Source: Myxococcota bacterium
Lineage (GTDB): Bacteria > Myxococcota_A > Polyangia > Nannocystales > Nannocystaceae
Reading direction: 5' to 3'
Length of the DNA: 22,731 bases
NCBI GenBank assembly: GCA_039028615.1
Contig: JBCCHT010000078.1
Location: 1 to 22,731 of the forward strand
Part shown: positions 1 through 9,831 of the stretch, one piece after another
Layout of the letters: each line of letters opens with the position of its first letter
Position numbering within the stretch: position 1 is the stretch's first letter
Notes under the pieces: model-generated
Told to the model about the DNA's origin: nothing
The model's database searches: none
Seen by the model: the letters and a program-made list of their open reading frames with translations, nothing else
Position numbers and translations under genes: made by a program

Positions 1-302
1 GTCCTCGAGGGTATGGGGCCGCTGCGAGACACGGGGCCTGCTGTCGACGGGTACCCCCCCAAACCCCGCCCAGCGGGTCGGGCGTGATGGTGGTGGTTGC
101 TCGGGGGTTTTTCTGCCCGCTTTAAGTCCTCGGTCGGGGCTTGGGGCCCCCCCGTCGGCGCGGCCCCTTTCGGTTGGCACTGGGCATTCGCCATTCTCTA
201 CGACGGGTCCGCGATTGTTGGAGCGGGGAACTGCGGTGGCCTCATCCTTCGCTGACGATGGCTGGTCGAAAACTGCGGGAGTCGTTCCTCGTGGGGCGAT
301 GG
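1..302. repeat. Left arm of a ~300-bp inverted repeat (may extend beyond the window start)
   Basis: 1-302 aligns by eye with the reverse complement of 867-1166 at roughly 90% identity, e.g. ATGGGGCCGCTGCGAGACACGGGGCCTGCTGTCGACGGGTACCCCCCCAAACCCCGCCC is shared exactly. Confidence 0.93.
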
Positions 303-689
303 TTGGAGCGGGGGGGACTGGCGGTGGGTCTCGTGTTCGACTGGGCCTTTGGGGTTCGTCGAAGAGGTTGGAGACGGACTGCGTTTGGGTGGGGGTGAGG
401 TCGACGTGGTCGAGGATGGGGGCTTTTTCGTCGGAGATGTGAACTCCAGCGTCGGGGGGGTGAGACCGTGCTTGGTCCGAGACGCTCACTGACGGTCGAG
501 GCGACCCACCCTCCGTATCAACAACCGACCGACACCAGCAGGGAGTGAGCCAGACTCATCCGCGTCATCGGTTCAACAATCATCGTGCACCACCGGCCTC
601 TCGCCCTTCGGCACGGCACCCCCCCCCCGGGACTCCGACACCCAACGGACCTACGTCCTAGCCAACTGCCATTCACGAATCTCCACTCC

Positions 690-956
690 CGAAGAAACGA
701 ACCCCCCGCAGTGTTTCCCGACCACCCATTGCCGTCACGAAGAACGAACCCCCGCAGTGTTTCCCGACCACCCATTGCCGTCACGAAGAACGAACCCCCC
801 GCAGTGTTTCCCGACCACCCATTGCCGTCACGAAGAACGAACCCCCCTGCAGTGTTTCCCGATTAGCCATCGCGCCCCGAGGAACGACCCCGCAGTTTCG
901 ACCAGCCATCATCGACGAAGGATGAGGCCACCGCAGTTCCCCACTCCCACCATCGC
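690..956 (+). repeat. Tandem array of 46-48-bp units: three near-identical, then three degenerate
   Basis: Unit CGAAGAACGAA(C)5-6GCAGTGTTTCCCGACCACCCATTGCCGTCA at 690-737, 738-783 and 784-830. Decayed copies at 831-877, 878-915 and 916-~956. No spacers. Confidence 0.92.
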
Positions 957-1166
957 GGACCCGTCGTAGAGAATGGCGAATGCCCGTTGCCAACCGAAAG
1001 GGGCCGCGCCGGCGGGGGGGCCCCAAGCCCCGACCGAGGACTTAAGGCGGGCAGAAAAACCTCCGCGTTACTTCAACCGTCACGCCCGACCCGCAGGGCG
1101 GGGTTTGGGGGGGTACCCGTCGACAGCAGGCCCCGTGTCTCGCAGCGGCCCCATGCCTCCGAGGAC
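867..1166. repeat. Right arm of the ~300-bp inverted repeat
   Basis: Reverse complement of 1-302. The short ORFs 141..398(+) and 781..1026(-) start with near-identical peptides for this reason. Confidence 0.93.
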
Positions 1167-1276
1167 TCCAGCAAGCCACCCGCCATTCGAAACCAAGACG
1201 GACCCCAAACGCATCGAAGCGCCGCACATCCCAGGGACGGCAGCGCTTCGTTCGTTACGATTGTTCGAGGATCGGG

Positions 1277-1846
1277 TTACCCGTCGAGCCCACCCAGAGG
1301 ATCGTTCTCGTCCTCGGTGATCTCGATCTTGTCCCGCGGCGTCTCCGTGGGCTCCTCGACCTCGTACTCTTCTTCCTCGGTCGTCGTCCCGCCCTCGCCC
1401 TTGACCTTCTTGGGCGTCACGGTCACCGCAAACGCCAGCCCGCCCTCGATGCGGACGACTTCGCGCTTCTTGATCTTCGAGTTGAAGGTGTACGGAGCAA
1501 TGATCGCCTCGCCGTCGCGCCCGTAGCCGACGGTGATGGCCACCTCTTTGCTCTTCTTGCCCTCACCTTTGCGCTCGACCATCACGGAGAACTCGTGATT
1601 GGAGCCATCGGCCTCGATCGCCAGCTCGTTCTGCACGCCCCAGTCGACGGTGAAGTCGCCGGGCAGCTTGACGACCCGCCCCGACTCCAACTTGAGCTCC
1701 ATCTTGACTTGTGCGACTTCGCGCGCGTCTTCGGTCTGAGTGTCCTCGTCGGCAGCGGCGTGCACCATCGTGGCCGACCCAAGGAGTAATCCCAAGGCCA
1801 GGACCACCGCGTGCCCCCGTGCCCCCTGTCGCACTACGCGGATCAT
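1277..1846 (-). CDS. Secreted hypothetical protein (189 aa), beta-rich core with acidic tail
   Basis: ATG start, signal peptide (AVVLALGLLLGSATMVHA-A), high GC at third codon positions, natural amino-acid composition. Confidence 0.85.
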   Translation of the reverse strand: MIRVVRQGARGHAVVLALGLLLGSATMVHAAADEDTQTEDAREVAQVKMELKLESGRVVKLPGDFTVDWGVQNELAIEADGSNHEFSVMVERKGEGKKSKEVAITVGYGRDGEAIIAPYTFNSKIKKREVVRIEGGLAFAVTVTPKKVKGEGGTTTEEEEYEVEEPTETPRDKIEITEDENDPLGGLDG

Positions 1847-2773
1847 GATTTAAGCATGACCGAGATCCGCGTTCGTTCGCAAGCTTCGAACAGGGGACGC
1901 CTGGTTCATTGACCTAGTCAGAACGACGTACTGGTTGAAACCGGTCATTACACTGCCAGTGGGGGATTAGGCGCTCGATCTGGGCCTCTTGTCGGGTATG
2001 GCGGATCGAACCGAACCGCTGACGCCGTGAGCATGCTCGTGTCACGGGTCAACACGGTTCCGCTCTTCGCGGCCCGTTTTTGGTCGTTGATCGAATGGCC
2101 ACCGCGGATCGAGCGGACCGTTGGCGTGAAGCATCGTGCCGACCATGCGCATGCGGGTCGGCTTCATGCAGTTCGATTGCAAGGGTGCGGGTCGGGGATG
2201 TCATGAGCGGCGCGCGATCGAAGTTCACCGCGCTCGTGCAGATCCGAAGCGGAGCGTGCTCGCATGTTTTCGCCGAGATTTAGTAGTGCGACGCATTGGC
2301 TCCGGGACACGACCCGAGTTGGCCGCGCGGTCGTAGGTCAACGTCGGAGTCGGTCGTTCATTCGATCGGTCGACTCACACAAATCGGCGCGCGAGAAATC
2401 GGCTCCTGGCTGGTCGGCCGGCACGCCTCGCGGCGATGGAATGGTGTGCAATGCGAGCGGTGAGCCCGCCTTGCCGGGCTCAACTTTCCTCACTGGTTTG
2501 TTCCCACGGGCGGTCCCGACCGCGCTAGACTGAGCGCGTGCGGCAGGGCAGCAGGCAACCGGGGGCCTGCTGCGGCTTCGTCATGGTCGAAGACTACGAC
2601 ACCGCTCGGGCGTCCGAGCAACCGCGATTAGAGCCAATCGCTCGCAACGCATCATCGCGTGTGGCGCCACTAGAGTGGGCCTGCGGCTGCAATCAGCAAT
2701 TGCCAGCGACGCGCTCCCATGCCACAACCCCGGGTAGTCGCGCTTCGTTCTCTCGCTCCTGAATCCGTCGAAC

Positions 2774-4120
2774 ATGACGCTCCGCGCTCAGCTCGATGCC
2801 GTTGCCACGCTCCTCGATGAAGGAGCCGCCAGCTCGGCCGTACGCATGCTCCGAAGCTCCTGGGAGCCAGAGCTTCCGCCCGAGGATCTGGTTCCGCTGT
2901 ACTGCATGTGGATTCGGGCCCTGTGCGACACCGACGATCTCGAGCACGCCATCACGCTGGCGAAGCGAGCGGTCGATCAGATCCCCGACGAGCCCGACAT
3001 CCTCATCGCGCTGGGCAACGTGCACGACCTTCGCGGCGAGCTGCCCGAGGCTCGCGATGCATTCCGCGAGGCGATCCTCACCGGTAGCGTGGGCCCGCTG
3101 GCGCACTACAACCTGGGCGCGGTGCTCGAGCGGCTGAACGAAGAGGAAGAGGCCGAGGCCTGCTACCGCCACGCGTTCGAGTCCGACGAAGAGCCCGGGG
3201 CGATGTACGAAGCCGCGGCCGCCCTCGGTGCGTTGCTGCGTCGCAACGGTCGGCTCGATGAAGCGGCCGGCGTCTACGAGTCCTATCTCGACGAAGACCC
3301 GATCAACGTCGACATCCTGGTCGAGCACGGCATCTGCCTGTCCGACCTCGACGAGTTCGACCAAGCCGTCGAGCGCTTCGAGCTGGCGCTCACGCTCGAG
3401 ACCGAGCACGCGGGCGCCTGGTACAACCTCGCCATCACGCTGTACCGCCTGGGCCAGCCCGACGAGGCGCTGAGCGCCATGGAGAAGGCCCTGCGGGCCG
3501 ACCCCGAGAGCCCGCTGACGCTGGCCGTGCTGGGCTCCTGGTACCTCATCCGCAGCCACAACCCGGCCATCGCCAAGGGCGACACGCCCTCCGACCACCT
3601 CGACGAGGCACTGAGCATGCTCTACGGCGCGCTCGACCTGCTCACCGAGGTCACGTCCGACAAGCTCAGCCCCAGCTACGCCAGCCTGGTCTTCGAAGAG
3701 GTCTTCGAGGCGCTGTGGCAGCGCGGGCTCCGGGGTGAGGCGCGCGAGGTTGCTCGCCGGGCCGCGCGGCGCGACTGGATCACCGCCCACGTGCTCAACA
3801 CCCTCAACGAGGCCGACCACGGCGAGGCGCCGCAGGTCACCGCCTTCACCGTCACCGCGCGCGTCGAGGCGGGCGAGGTGCCCGAGTACTGGCCGCAAGA
3901 CGTCCAGGGCTACACCCGCGGCCTCACCGTGCTCGCCACCGACGAGGACGAGGCCAAGCGCTACTCGCTCGAGTTCCTGCGCACCATGGAAGCCCCGGGG
4001 GTCCAATTCCAGATCGAGACGGTGCGCCCCGGCCCCGCCGACGAGCTGCCCTACGACATCATTCGCCCGCGGGCGCGTGGCGTGGTCGGCTTCGCCAGCT
4101 CGCGCAGCTACTTTCGCTGA
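2774..4120 (+). CDS. Tetratricopeptide-repeat protein (448 aa) with a non-TPR C-terminal domain
   Basis: Several TPR-like units (AHYNLGAVLERLNEEEEAEACYRHA, AWYNLAITLYRLGQPDEALSAMEKAL), strong codon bias, terminator downstream. Confidence 0.92.
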   Translation: MTLRAQLDAVATLLDEGAASSAVRMLRSSWEPELPPEDLVPLYCMWIRALCDTDDLEHAITLAKRAVDQIPDEPDILIALGNVHDLRGELPEARDAFREAILTGSVGPLAHYNLGAVLERLNEEEEAEACYRHAFESDEEPGAMYEAAAALGALLRRNGRLDEAAGVYESYLDEDPINVDILVEHGICLSDLDEFDQAVERFELALTLETEHAGAWYNLAITLYRLGQPDEALSAMEKALRADPESPLTLAVLGSWYLIRSHNPAIAKGDTPSDHLDEALSMLYGALDLLTEVTSDKLSPSYASLVFEEVFEALWQRGLRGEAREVARRAARRDWITAHVLNTLNEADHGEAPQVTAFTVTARVEAGEVPEYWPQDVQGYTRGLTVLATDEDEAKRYSLEFLRTMEAPGVQFQIETVRPGPADELPYDIIRPRARGVVGFASSRSYFR

Positions 4121-4140
4121 GCCCGAGCCCCGCACGTAAT

Positions 4141-4175
4141 AAAGCCCTGGCCACCTCGAGTGCCCAGGGCTTTTT
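4141..4175. terminator. Intrinsic terminator, probably bidirectional
   Basis: AAAGCCCTGG-CCACCTCGAGTGC-CCAGGGCTTTTT hairpin with A/T flanks, between two convergent genes. Confidence 0.85.
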
Positions 4176-4198
4176 CGTGGCCGCAGCCGAGGCGTCGC

Positions 4199-5032
4199 TC
4201 AGCTCTTGGGCTTGCCCGCGGCCGGCTTGTCGACGCACAGCTCGCCCTTGTCCTTCTTGAGGATGGCGATCTGCTCCTTGGCGCGGTCTTTGTACTGCTG
4301 CGGCGCGTTGGTCTTCTTCTCGCCCAGCGCCTGGAAGTACAGGATGGCGTTGGAGCACTGCCCCAGCTTGGCGAAGGCCAGGCCCGAGTAGTAGAGCGCG
4401 TCGGGCATCACGGCCGCATCGGGAGAGTCCTGGATGATGCGGTAGAACTCGCCCAGGGCGCTCTTGTGGTCGCGCTCGCTGAAGTAGCTCAGGCCGATCT
4501 TGAAGCGGACGTCGGGCATCTGCGGGTCGGCCGGGTAGCGTGACTCGTAGGTCCGGTACAGGCGTCGCGCTTGCTTGTACTTGCGCTTGCCCATGAGCTT
4601 CTCGGCCTCGGCCATCAGCTCTTTTTTGGTCTCGGGGATGTTGGTCGCCTCGTTGAGCTTTTCCTCGAGCGAGGTCAGGCGCAGGTCGAGGTCGGCCCGC
4701 TGCTCCACGAGCTCCTGGCGGACGGCGGTGGCCCGGTAGTCGGCGTTCTCGGCCGCGCCGCGCAGCTCTTGGACCTCGAGCTCGAGGTTCTCCACGCGCA
4801 GGCCGAGGTTGGCCTGGTTGCTGCGCAGCAGGGTCTCGACCTCTTGGAGTTTGACGTCGACCTGGTCGGCCAGCTCCTGGTTGCGCGCGGCGGTCTCGTT
4901 CTGGGCGAGGACCTCCTTGCGGAGCTTGTCGACTTCCTTGGCGATCTCGTCTTGGTCGGCCTTGAGCGCGACGCAGCCGCTGCCCGAAAGGACGAGCACG
5001 GCGGCTGCGAGAGACGAAGCAATGAGGCGCAT
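4199..5032 (-). CDS. cpoB: Tol-Pal-associated cell-division coordinator CpoB/YbgF-like lipoprotein (277 aa)
   Basis: Start reassigned to ATG 5032 (MRLIASS...). Lipobox-like SGSGC, long coiled coil, C-terminal TPR (YESRYP...FKIGLSYF...PDALYYSGLAF), directly downstream of a pal-like gene. Confidence 0.8.
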   Translation of the reverse strand: MRLIASSLAAAVLVLSGSGCVALKADQDEIAKEVDKLRKEVLAQNETAARNQELADQVDVKLQEVETLLRSNQANLGLRVENLELEVQELRGAAENADYRATAVRQELVEQRADLDLRLTSLEEKLNEATNIPETKKELMAEAEKLMGKRKYKQARRLYRTYESRYPADPQMPDVRFKIGLSYFSERDHKSALGEFYRIIQDSPDAAVMPDALYYSGLAFAKLGQCSNAILYFQALGEKKTNAPQQYKDRAKEQIAILKKDKGELCVDKPAAGKPKS

Positions 5033-5055
5033 GCGGAGGGTCCTTGTCGCGTGGC

Positions 5056-5898
5056 CTACGGGAACACGAACTCGACGCGCCGGTCCTGCGACCAGGTGCT
5101 CTCGTCGCCCCCGCTGGACTCGAGCGAGCCCTTGGAGATGACCTGCATGTTCTCGCCCGGGACGCCCAGGTCCTCGAGGAAGCGCTTGACGCCCTGACCG
5201 CGCTTGTCGGTCAGCATGATGTTGTACTCCTCGGTGCCACGCGGGTCGGCGTGGGCCTCGAGGTAGACGAGCGAGCCGTTGTTCTTCAGGCACTCGGCCA
5301 CGTCGCGAAGCTGCTGGGCGGCCTCGTCGAGGATCTTGGGGCTGTCGAAGCCGAAGTAGATGGCATCCAGACCGCAGGGGTTGTTGCCGCTGGGCTCGAT
5401 GCCCGAGAACACGCACATGCCCGAGTCGCAGATCTCGTCCATCGCACACTGGTCGTCGGTGGTGCAGACGCCACCGCCCGCGCCCGAGGAGCAGGTGCCC
5501 GTGCCGAGGTCACAGGTTCCGCCGTCGCACTCGATGTCGTCGGTGCACTGCGCACAAGCGCCAGCGGTACAGACCAGACCGCCCGAGCAGTCGATGGTCT
5601 GGGTGCAGGGCGAGCCCAGGCTGCCCACGCCTCCGTCGCCGGCCGCGTTGATGGTGGCCGGATCGGAGCAGCGGAACTCGTGGCAGACCCAGTTGCTACC
5701 GTCGGGGGCTTTGCCCACGCAGTCGGCGTCGGTGTTGCAGTTCTGGCACTGACCGTCGACGCACTTTTCGCCCAGCTCGGCCTTGCAGTGCTTGTCCTTC
5801 TTGCACTGCGGATAGGTGGGCTTCTTGCAGCTTGCGGCCATCGTCAAGGGCAGGGCCAGCATGGCGACAGGGGCGAGGCGAGCGAGGAGTGGGCGCAT
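5056..5898 (-). CDS. pal: Pal/OmpA-family peptidoglycan-associated lipoprotein with five Cys-rich modules (280 aa)
   Basis: ATG 5898 with GGAG upstream. Lipobox-like MAASC. C-terminal OmpA-like domain IYFGFDS...EAHADPRGTEEYNIML...ISKG...DRRVEF. Upstream of cpoB. Confidence 0.82.
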   Translation of the reverse strand: MRPLLARLAPVAMLALPLTMAASCKKPTYPQCKKDKHCKAELGEKCVDGQCQNCNTDADCVGKAPDGSNWVCHEFRCSDPATINAAGDGGVGSLGSPCTQTIDCSGGLVCTAGACAQCTDDIECDGGTCDLGTGTCSSGAGGGVCTTDDQCAMDEICDSGMCVFSGIEPSGNNPCGLDAIYFGFDSPKILDEAAQQLRDVAECLKNNGSLVYLEAHADPRGTEEYNIMLTDKRGQGVKRFLEDLGVPGENMQVISKGSLESSGGDESTWSQDRRVEFVFP

Positions 5899-6011
5899 CG
5901 ATTCGATTCTCCAGTCGAGGCGAAGGCCCTGCCGGGTTTGGCAAGGGCGATCCGCCGCCAAGGGATAACACGGTCGGTTAGGGTGTCAACCGCGCAGCCA
6001 GCTCATGGAGC

Positions 6012-6596
6012 CTAAGAGCGGGGTCCGCCGGACTTTAGGGCAAACATGCGAATTTCGTAGTTTTCGCCGTCGATATCCACCAATTCGACATGCGGCTCAC
6101 CCTTGACGGTGATGATGTCGGCCCGCGCCACGCGAACGCGATCGGGCCCGACGTCGGGACGAGGCCCGAAACGGAGCCGGTGGAGGAGGTAGTCGGCGAC
6201 ACTGACCGTCTCGTACGGCGCGTCTTCCACGACGAGGTCCCACTCCATTTCGATCTCGTCGCGCGGGTGCTGGTGAGCGGCCAGCTCGATGGAAAAGTCT
6301 CGGCGACCGCGCGGCGTCCAGATCGCGCTCGAGAACTCGACGCGGTTGCCATCGGGAACGACGACGGTGCGGATCGGCATGGCCTCGATCGCGGCGCCCT
6401 CTTCGTCGTCGCGGTCGAGCCGACGGATCTCCACGCCCAGCTCGACGGGCCACAGCGCTTGCTGAAGCTCGGAGGTGATGGGCGTCGCGAGGCTATTGGC
6501 GCCCACGGCGGGAGCGGCCGTGGTGGCAACGCCGAGCGCGAGAAGGGTACCCACGATGCGGGCGGAGCGGGTTTGTTGACGACGCCGCGTAGACAT
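6012..6596 (-). CDS. Secreted hypothetical protein (194 aa)
   Basis: Protein-like C-terminal part of ORF 6012..7634, from MSTRRRQQ. Basic N-region and hydrophobic signal (IVGTLLALGVATTAAPAVGA). Confidence 0.75.
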   Translation of the reverse strand: MSTRRRQQTRSARIVGTLLALGVATTAAPAVGANSLATPITSELQQALWPVELGVEIRRLDRDDEEGAAIEAMPIRTVVVPDGNRVEFSSAIWTPRGRRDFSIELAAHQHPRDEIEMEWDLVVEDAPYETVSVADYLLHRLRFGPRPDVGPDRVRVARADIITVKGEPHVELVDIDGENYEIRMFALKSGGPRS

Positions 6597-6680
6597 GCCG
6601 CCACCTGGACATGAGCGGCCTTTGCGATCAACTTTTCCACGATTTGCCGGGCTCGCCCGGCTGGGGCATCGTTGCCCGCG

Positions 6681-7730
6681 ATGTCGCCCTCGTCGTGCCG
6701 CCCTGTGCTCGGTCTGTTGCTGGCGGCCGGTCTTTGGGGCTGTGGGGGCCCGGACCCCGCGAACCTGTTCGAGCGCGACGCGGTGAACGAAGTGCTGGCG
6801 GGCTATGGCCTGGAGGCCGAGCCCTCCGAGTCGGCCACCGTCGAGCTCGGCTACCAGGCGCCCACCACCGAGTGCGCGTACGCGTATCGCATGACCGCGA
6901 GCTACGAGCCCGCACTGCGCTTCGAGGAGGACAACGTCGGGCACCTGATCGTCGGCCGGCATCCCAAGCGCGAGGCGGACCACACGATCACCGAGGGGCC
7001 GATCCCTCCGGGCGGCCTCGTGCCTGCGCACCTGTTCTACAAGGGGCTTCGCGCGGAGCGGCGCGGGGCGACGCGCAACAACATCACCTTCACGCGCGAA
7101 TACGTGGGCCCGGCGGCTCCGACCGCGGCGTGCATGCCTCGCAGCTGGGATCCCATGGAGGACACGCTGGCGCTGGGCTGGCCGCAGCTCACCGGGCGCC
7201 TCACCGCGGTGGGCGAGCAGTGGAACGGCATGCGGGTGGGCGGCAAGTGCAGCCGCACCGCCTGCGTCGACCCGGTCCCCGGCGGCAGCGGGGTCGACCC
7301 CCACGAGATGACCTGCGTGGTCGGGCCCTGGCAGGAGCGCCTGGCGGGGCTGTTCGAGCACGACGGTGAGCACTACGCGTGGATCGAGAGCACCTGGACG
7401 GACGGCCATGGCCCCGGCCTGGGCATCCACACCAAGCGACGCACGCTGGTCTCGGTGGAGCACGGCCGGCCCCTGTGGTCGCAGACGGTGGTCGACCATC
7501 GCTACTTCGAGCCGCTGGCCGCGGGGGGCTTCGGGGCCATCGTGCGCACGTGGACCCTCGAGGCGATCGACGATTGCCCGGGCAGCTTGCAGGCCGCGGG
7601 CTGGGAGCGCCCGCCCGAGCTGGCGGACACCCATCAGGAGTTGGTGACCGAGCTGGCCGAGGCCGCGGAGTCACGCCCGGCCAAGCTGCGTCGGCCCCAG
7701 AACATCCGGCCGCGACCCGAGCTGGAATGA
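6681..7730 (+). CDS. Hypothetical lipoprotein (349 aa)
   Basis: ATG 6681, lipobox [10 protein letters not shown], strong codon bias, ends 31 bp before murA. Confidence 0.82.
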   Translation: MSPSSCRPVLGLLLAAGLWGCGGPDPANLFERDAVNEVLAGYGLEAEPSESATVELGYQAPTTECAYAYRMTASYEPALRFEEDNVGHLIVGRHPKREADHTITEGPIPPGGLVPAHLFYKGLRAERRGATRNNITFTREYVGPAAPTAACMPRSWDPMEDTLALGWPQLTGRLTAVGEQWNGMRVGGKCSRTACVDPVPGGSGVDPHEMTCVVGPWQERLAGLFEHDGEHYAWIESTWTDGHGPGLGIHTKRRTLVSVEHGRPLWSQTVVDHRYFEPLAAGGFGAIVRTWTLEAIDDCPGSLQAAGWERPPELADTHQELVTELAEAAESRPAKLRRPQNIRPRPELE

Positions 7731-7761
7731 GCGTCCCTCCCGAAGCGTCGAGCGAACGAAC

Positions 7762-9027
<1,266 letters not shown>

Positions 9028-9043
9028 GGGCCGGGCCCGCCGC

Positions 9044-9829
9044 TTACTCGAGCACGACGAACTTCAGCGGGGCGACCTGGCCGTGGAACGCGGCCAGGAA
9101 GTTGACCATGGACTCGAGGCCGCGCAGGTCGATGCGGCACTTTTCGAGCAGCCACTCGATCTCGTCGCCGACGAGGTTGAAGGTGTCGTCGCCGGCCACG
9201 AAGTAGTCGTCGGGGCCGACGTGGGCGAAGATGAAGCCGCCCTGCAGCGCCTGCGACAGCCACACTCGCATGCCGTGGCGCAGGACCTCGAGGGCGTCTT
9301 CGCTGGGGGGCTCGGCGAAGCCGATGAGCACCTGGCGGTCGCTCCGGGTGCCGCCCATGTCGTCTTCGAAGGCGAAGGGCAGGGCGGGGTGGACGGCGGG
9401 CAGCCCCGACAGCTCGCCGCGCTCGATGGCCAGCTGCGAGCGGGAGTTCGACAGCCCGGGCAGCTCGACCACGACCTCTTGGATGGGCACCATCTCGTGC
9501 AGGGCCCACAGCTTGTGCAGCAGGACGGTGACGTAGCTGGGGTCGATGACGACGGGGGCCTCGAAGGCGACGCCGGACTGACCCGCGGTGCCGTAGCCCA
9601 CGCGCAGGGCGTCGTCGATGGACTGGTCGGAGAGCTTGGGAGGCACGCGCAGGCCCGCCCCCATGCCCATCAGGGCGCCCTCGACGAAGATGACCCCGTG
9701 CGCCTCGATGCGCCGAATATCGTCGGAGCTGACGGTGGGGGCACTGCGCACGCGGATGCGTAGCTTGTCGTCCATCGCCGTGTAGGCGCTGGCGCGGAAG
9801 GGGAGTTCGCCGCCGACAACGATGGCCAT
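9044..9829 (-). CDS. Hypothetical protein (261 aa) with an internal domain duplication, candidate second immunity protein
   Basis: Starts 2 bp after the DUF3396 gene stop. Strong codon bias. Two similar halves. Confidence 0.8.
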   Translation of the reverse strand: MAIVVGGELPFRASAYTAMDDKLRIRVRSAPTVSSDDIRRIEAHGVIFVEGALMGMGAGLRVPPKLSDQSIDDALRVGYGTAGQSGVAFEAPVVIDPSYVTVLLHKLWALHEMVPIQEVVVELPGLSNSRSQLAIERGELSGLPAVHPALPFAFEDDMGGTRSDRQVLIGFAEPPSEDALEVLRHGMRVWLSQALQGGFIFAHVGPDDYFVAGDDTFNLVGDEIEWLLEKCRIDLRGLESMVNFLAAFHGQVAPLKFVVLE

Positions 9830-9831
9830 GG

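Noticed and set aside
690..956. CRISPR array
   Set aside because: Units are head-to-tail with no unique spacers, and no cas genes are in the window.
141..1320. Short ORFs in the repeat region, including the twin MGPPRRRGPFRLA peptides
   Set aside because: By-products of the inverted and tandem repeats. Arg/Pro/Gly-rich, no codon bias, and frames break at homopolymer length changes.
2470..2500. RNase P RNA, suggested by GAGGAAAGT on the minus strand
   Set aside because: It continues TGAGCCC rather than the conserved CC(G)GGC, and I found no matching 3' P4 motif.
2685..2706. Sigma-54 promoter-like TGGCA...TTGCA on the minus strand
   Set aside because: The GG to GC spacing is 12 nt rather than the required 10.
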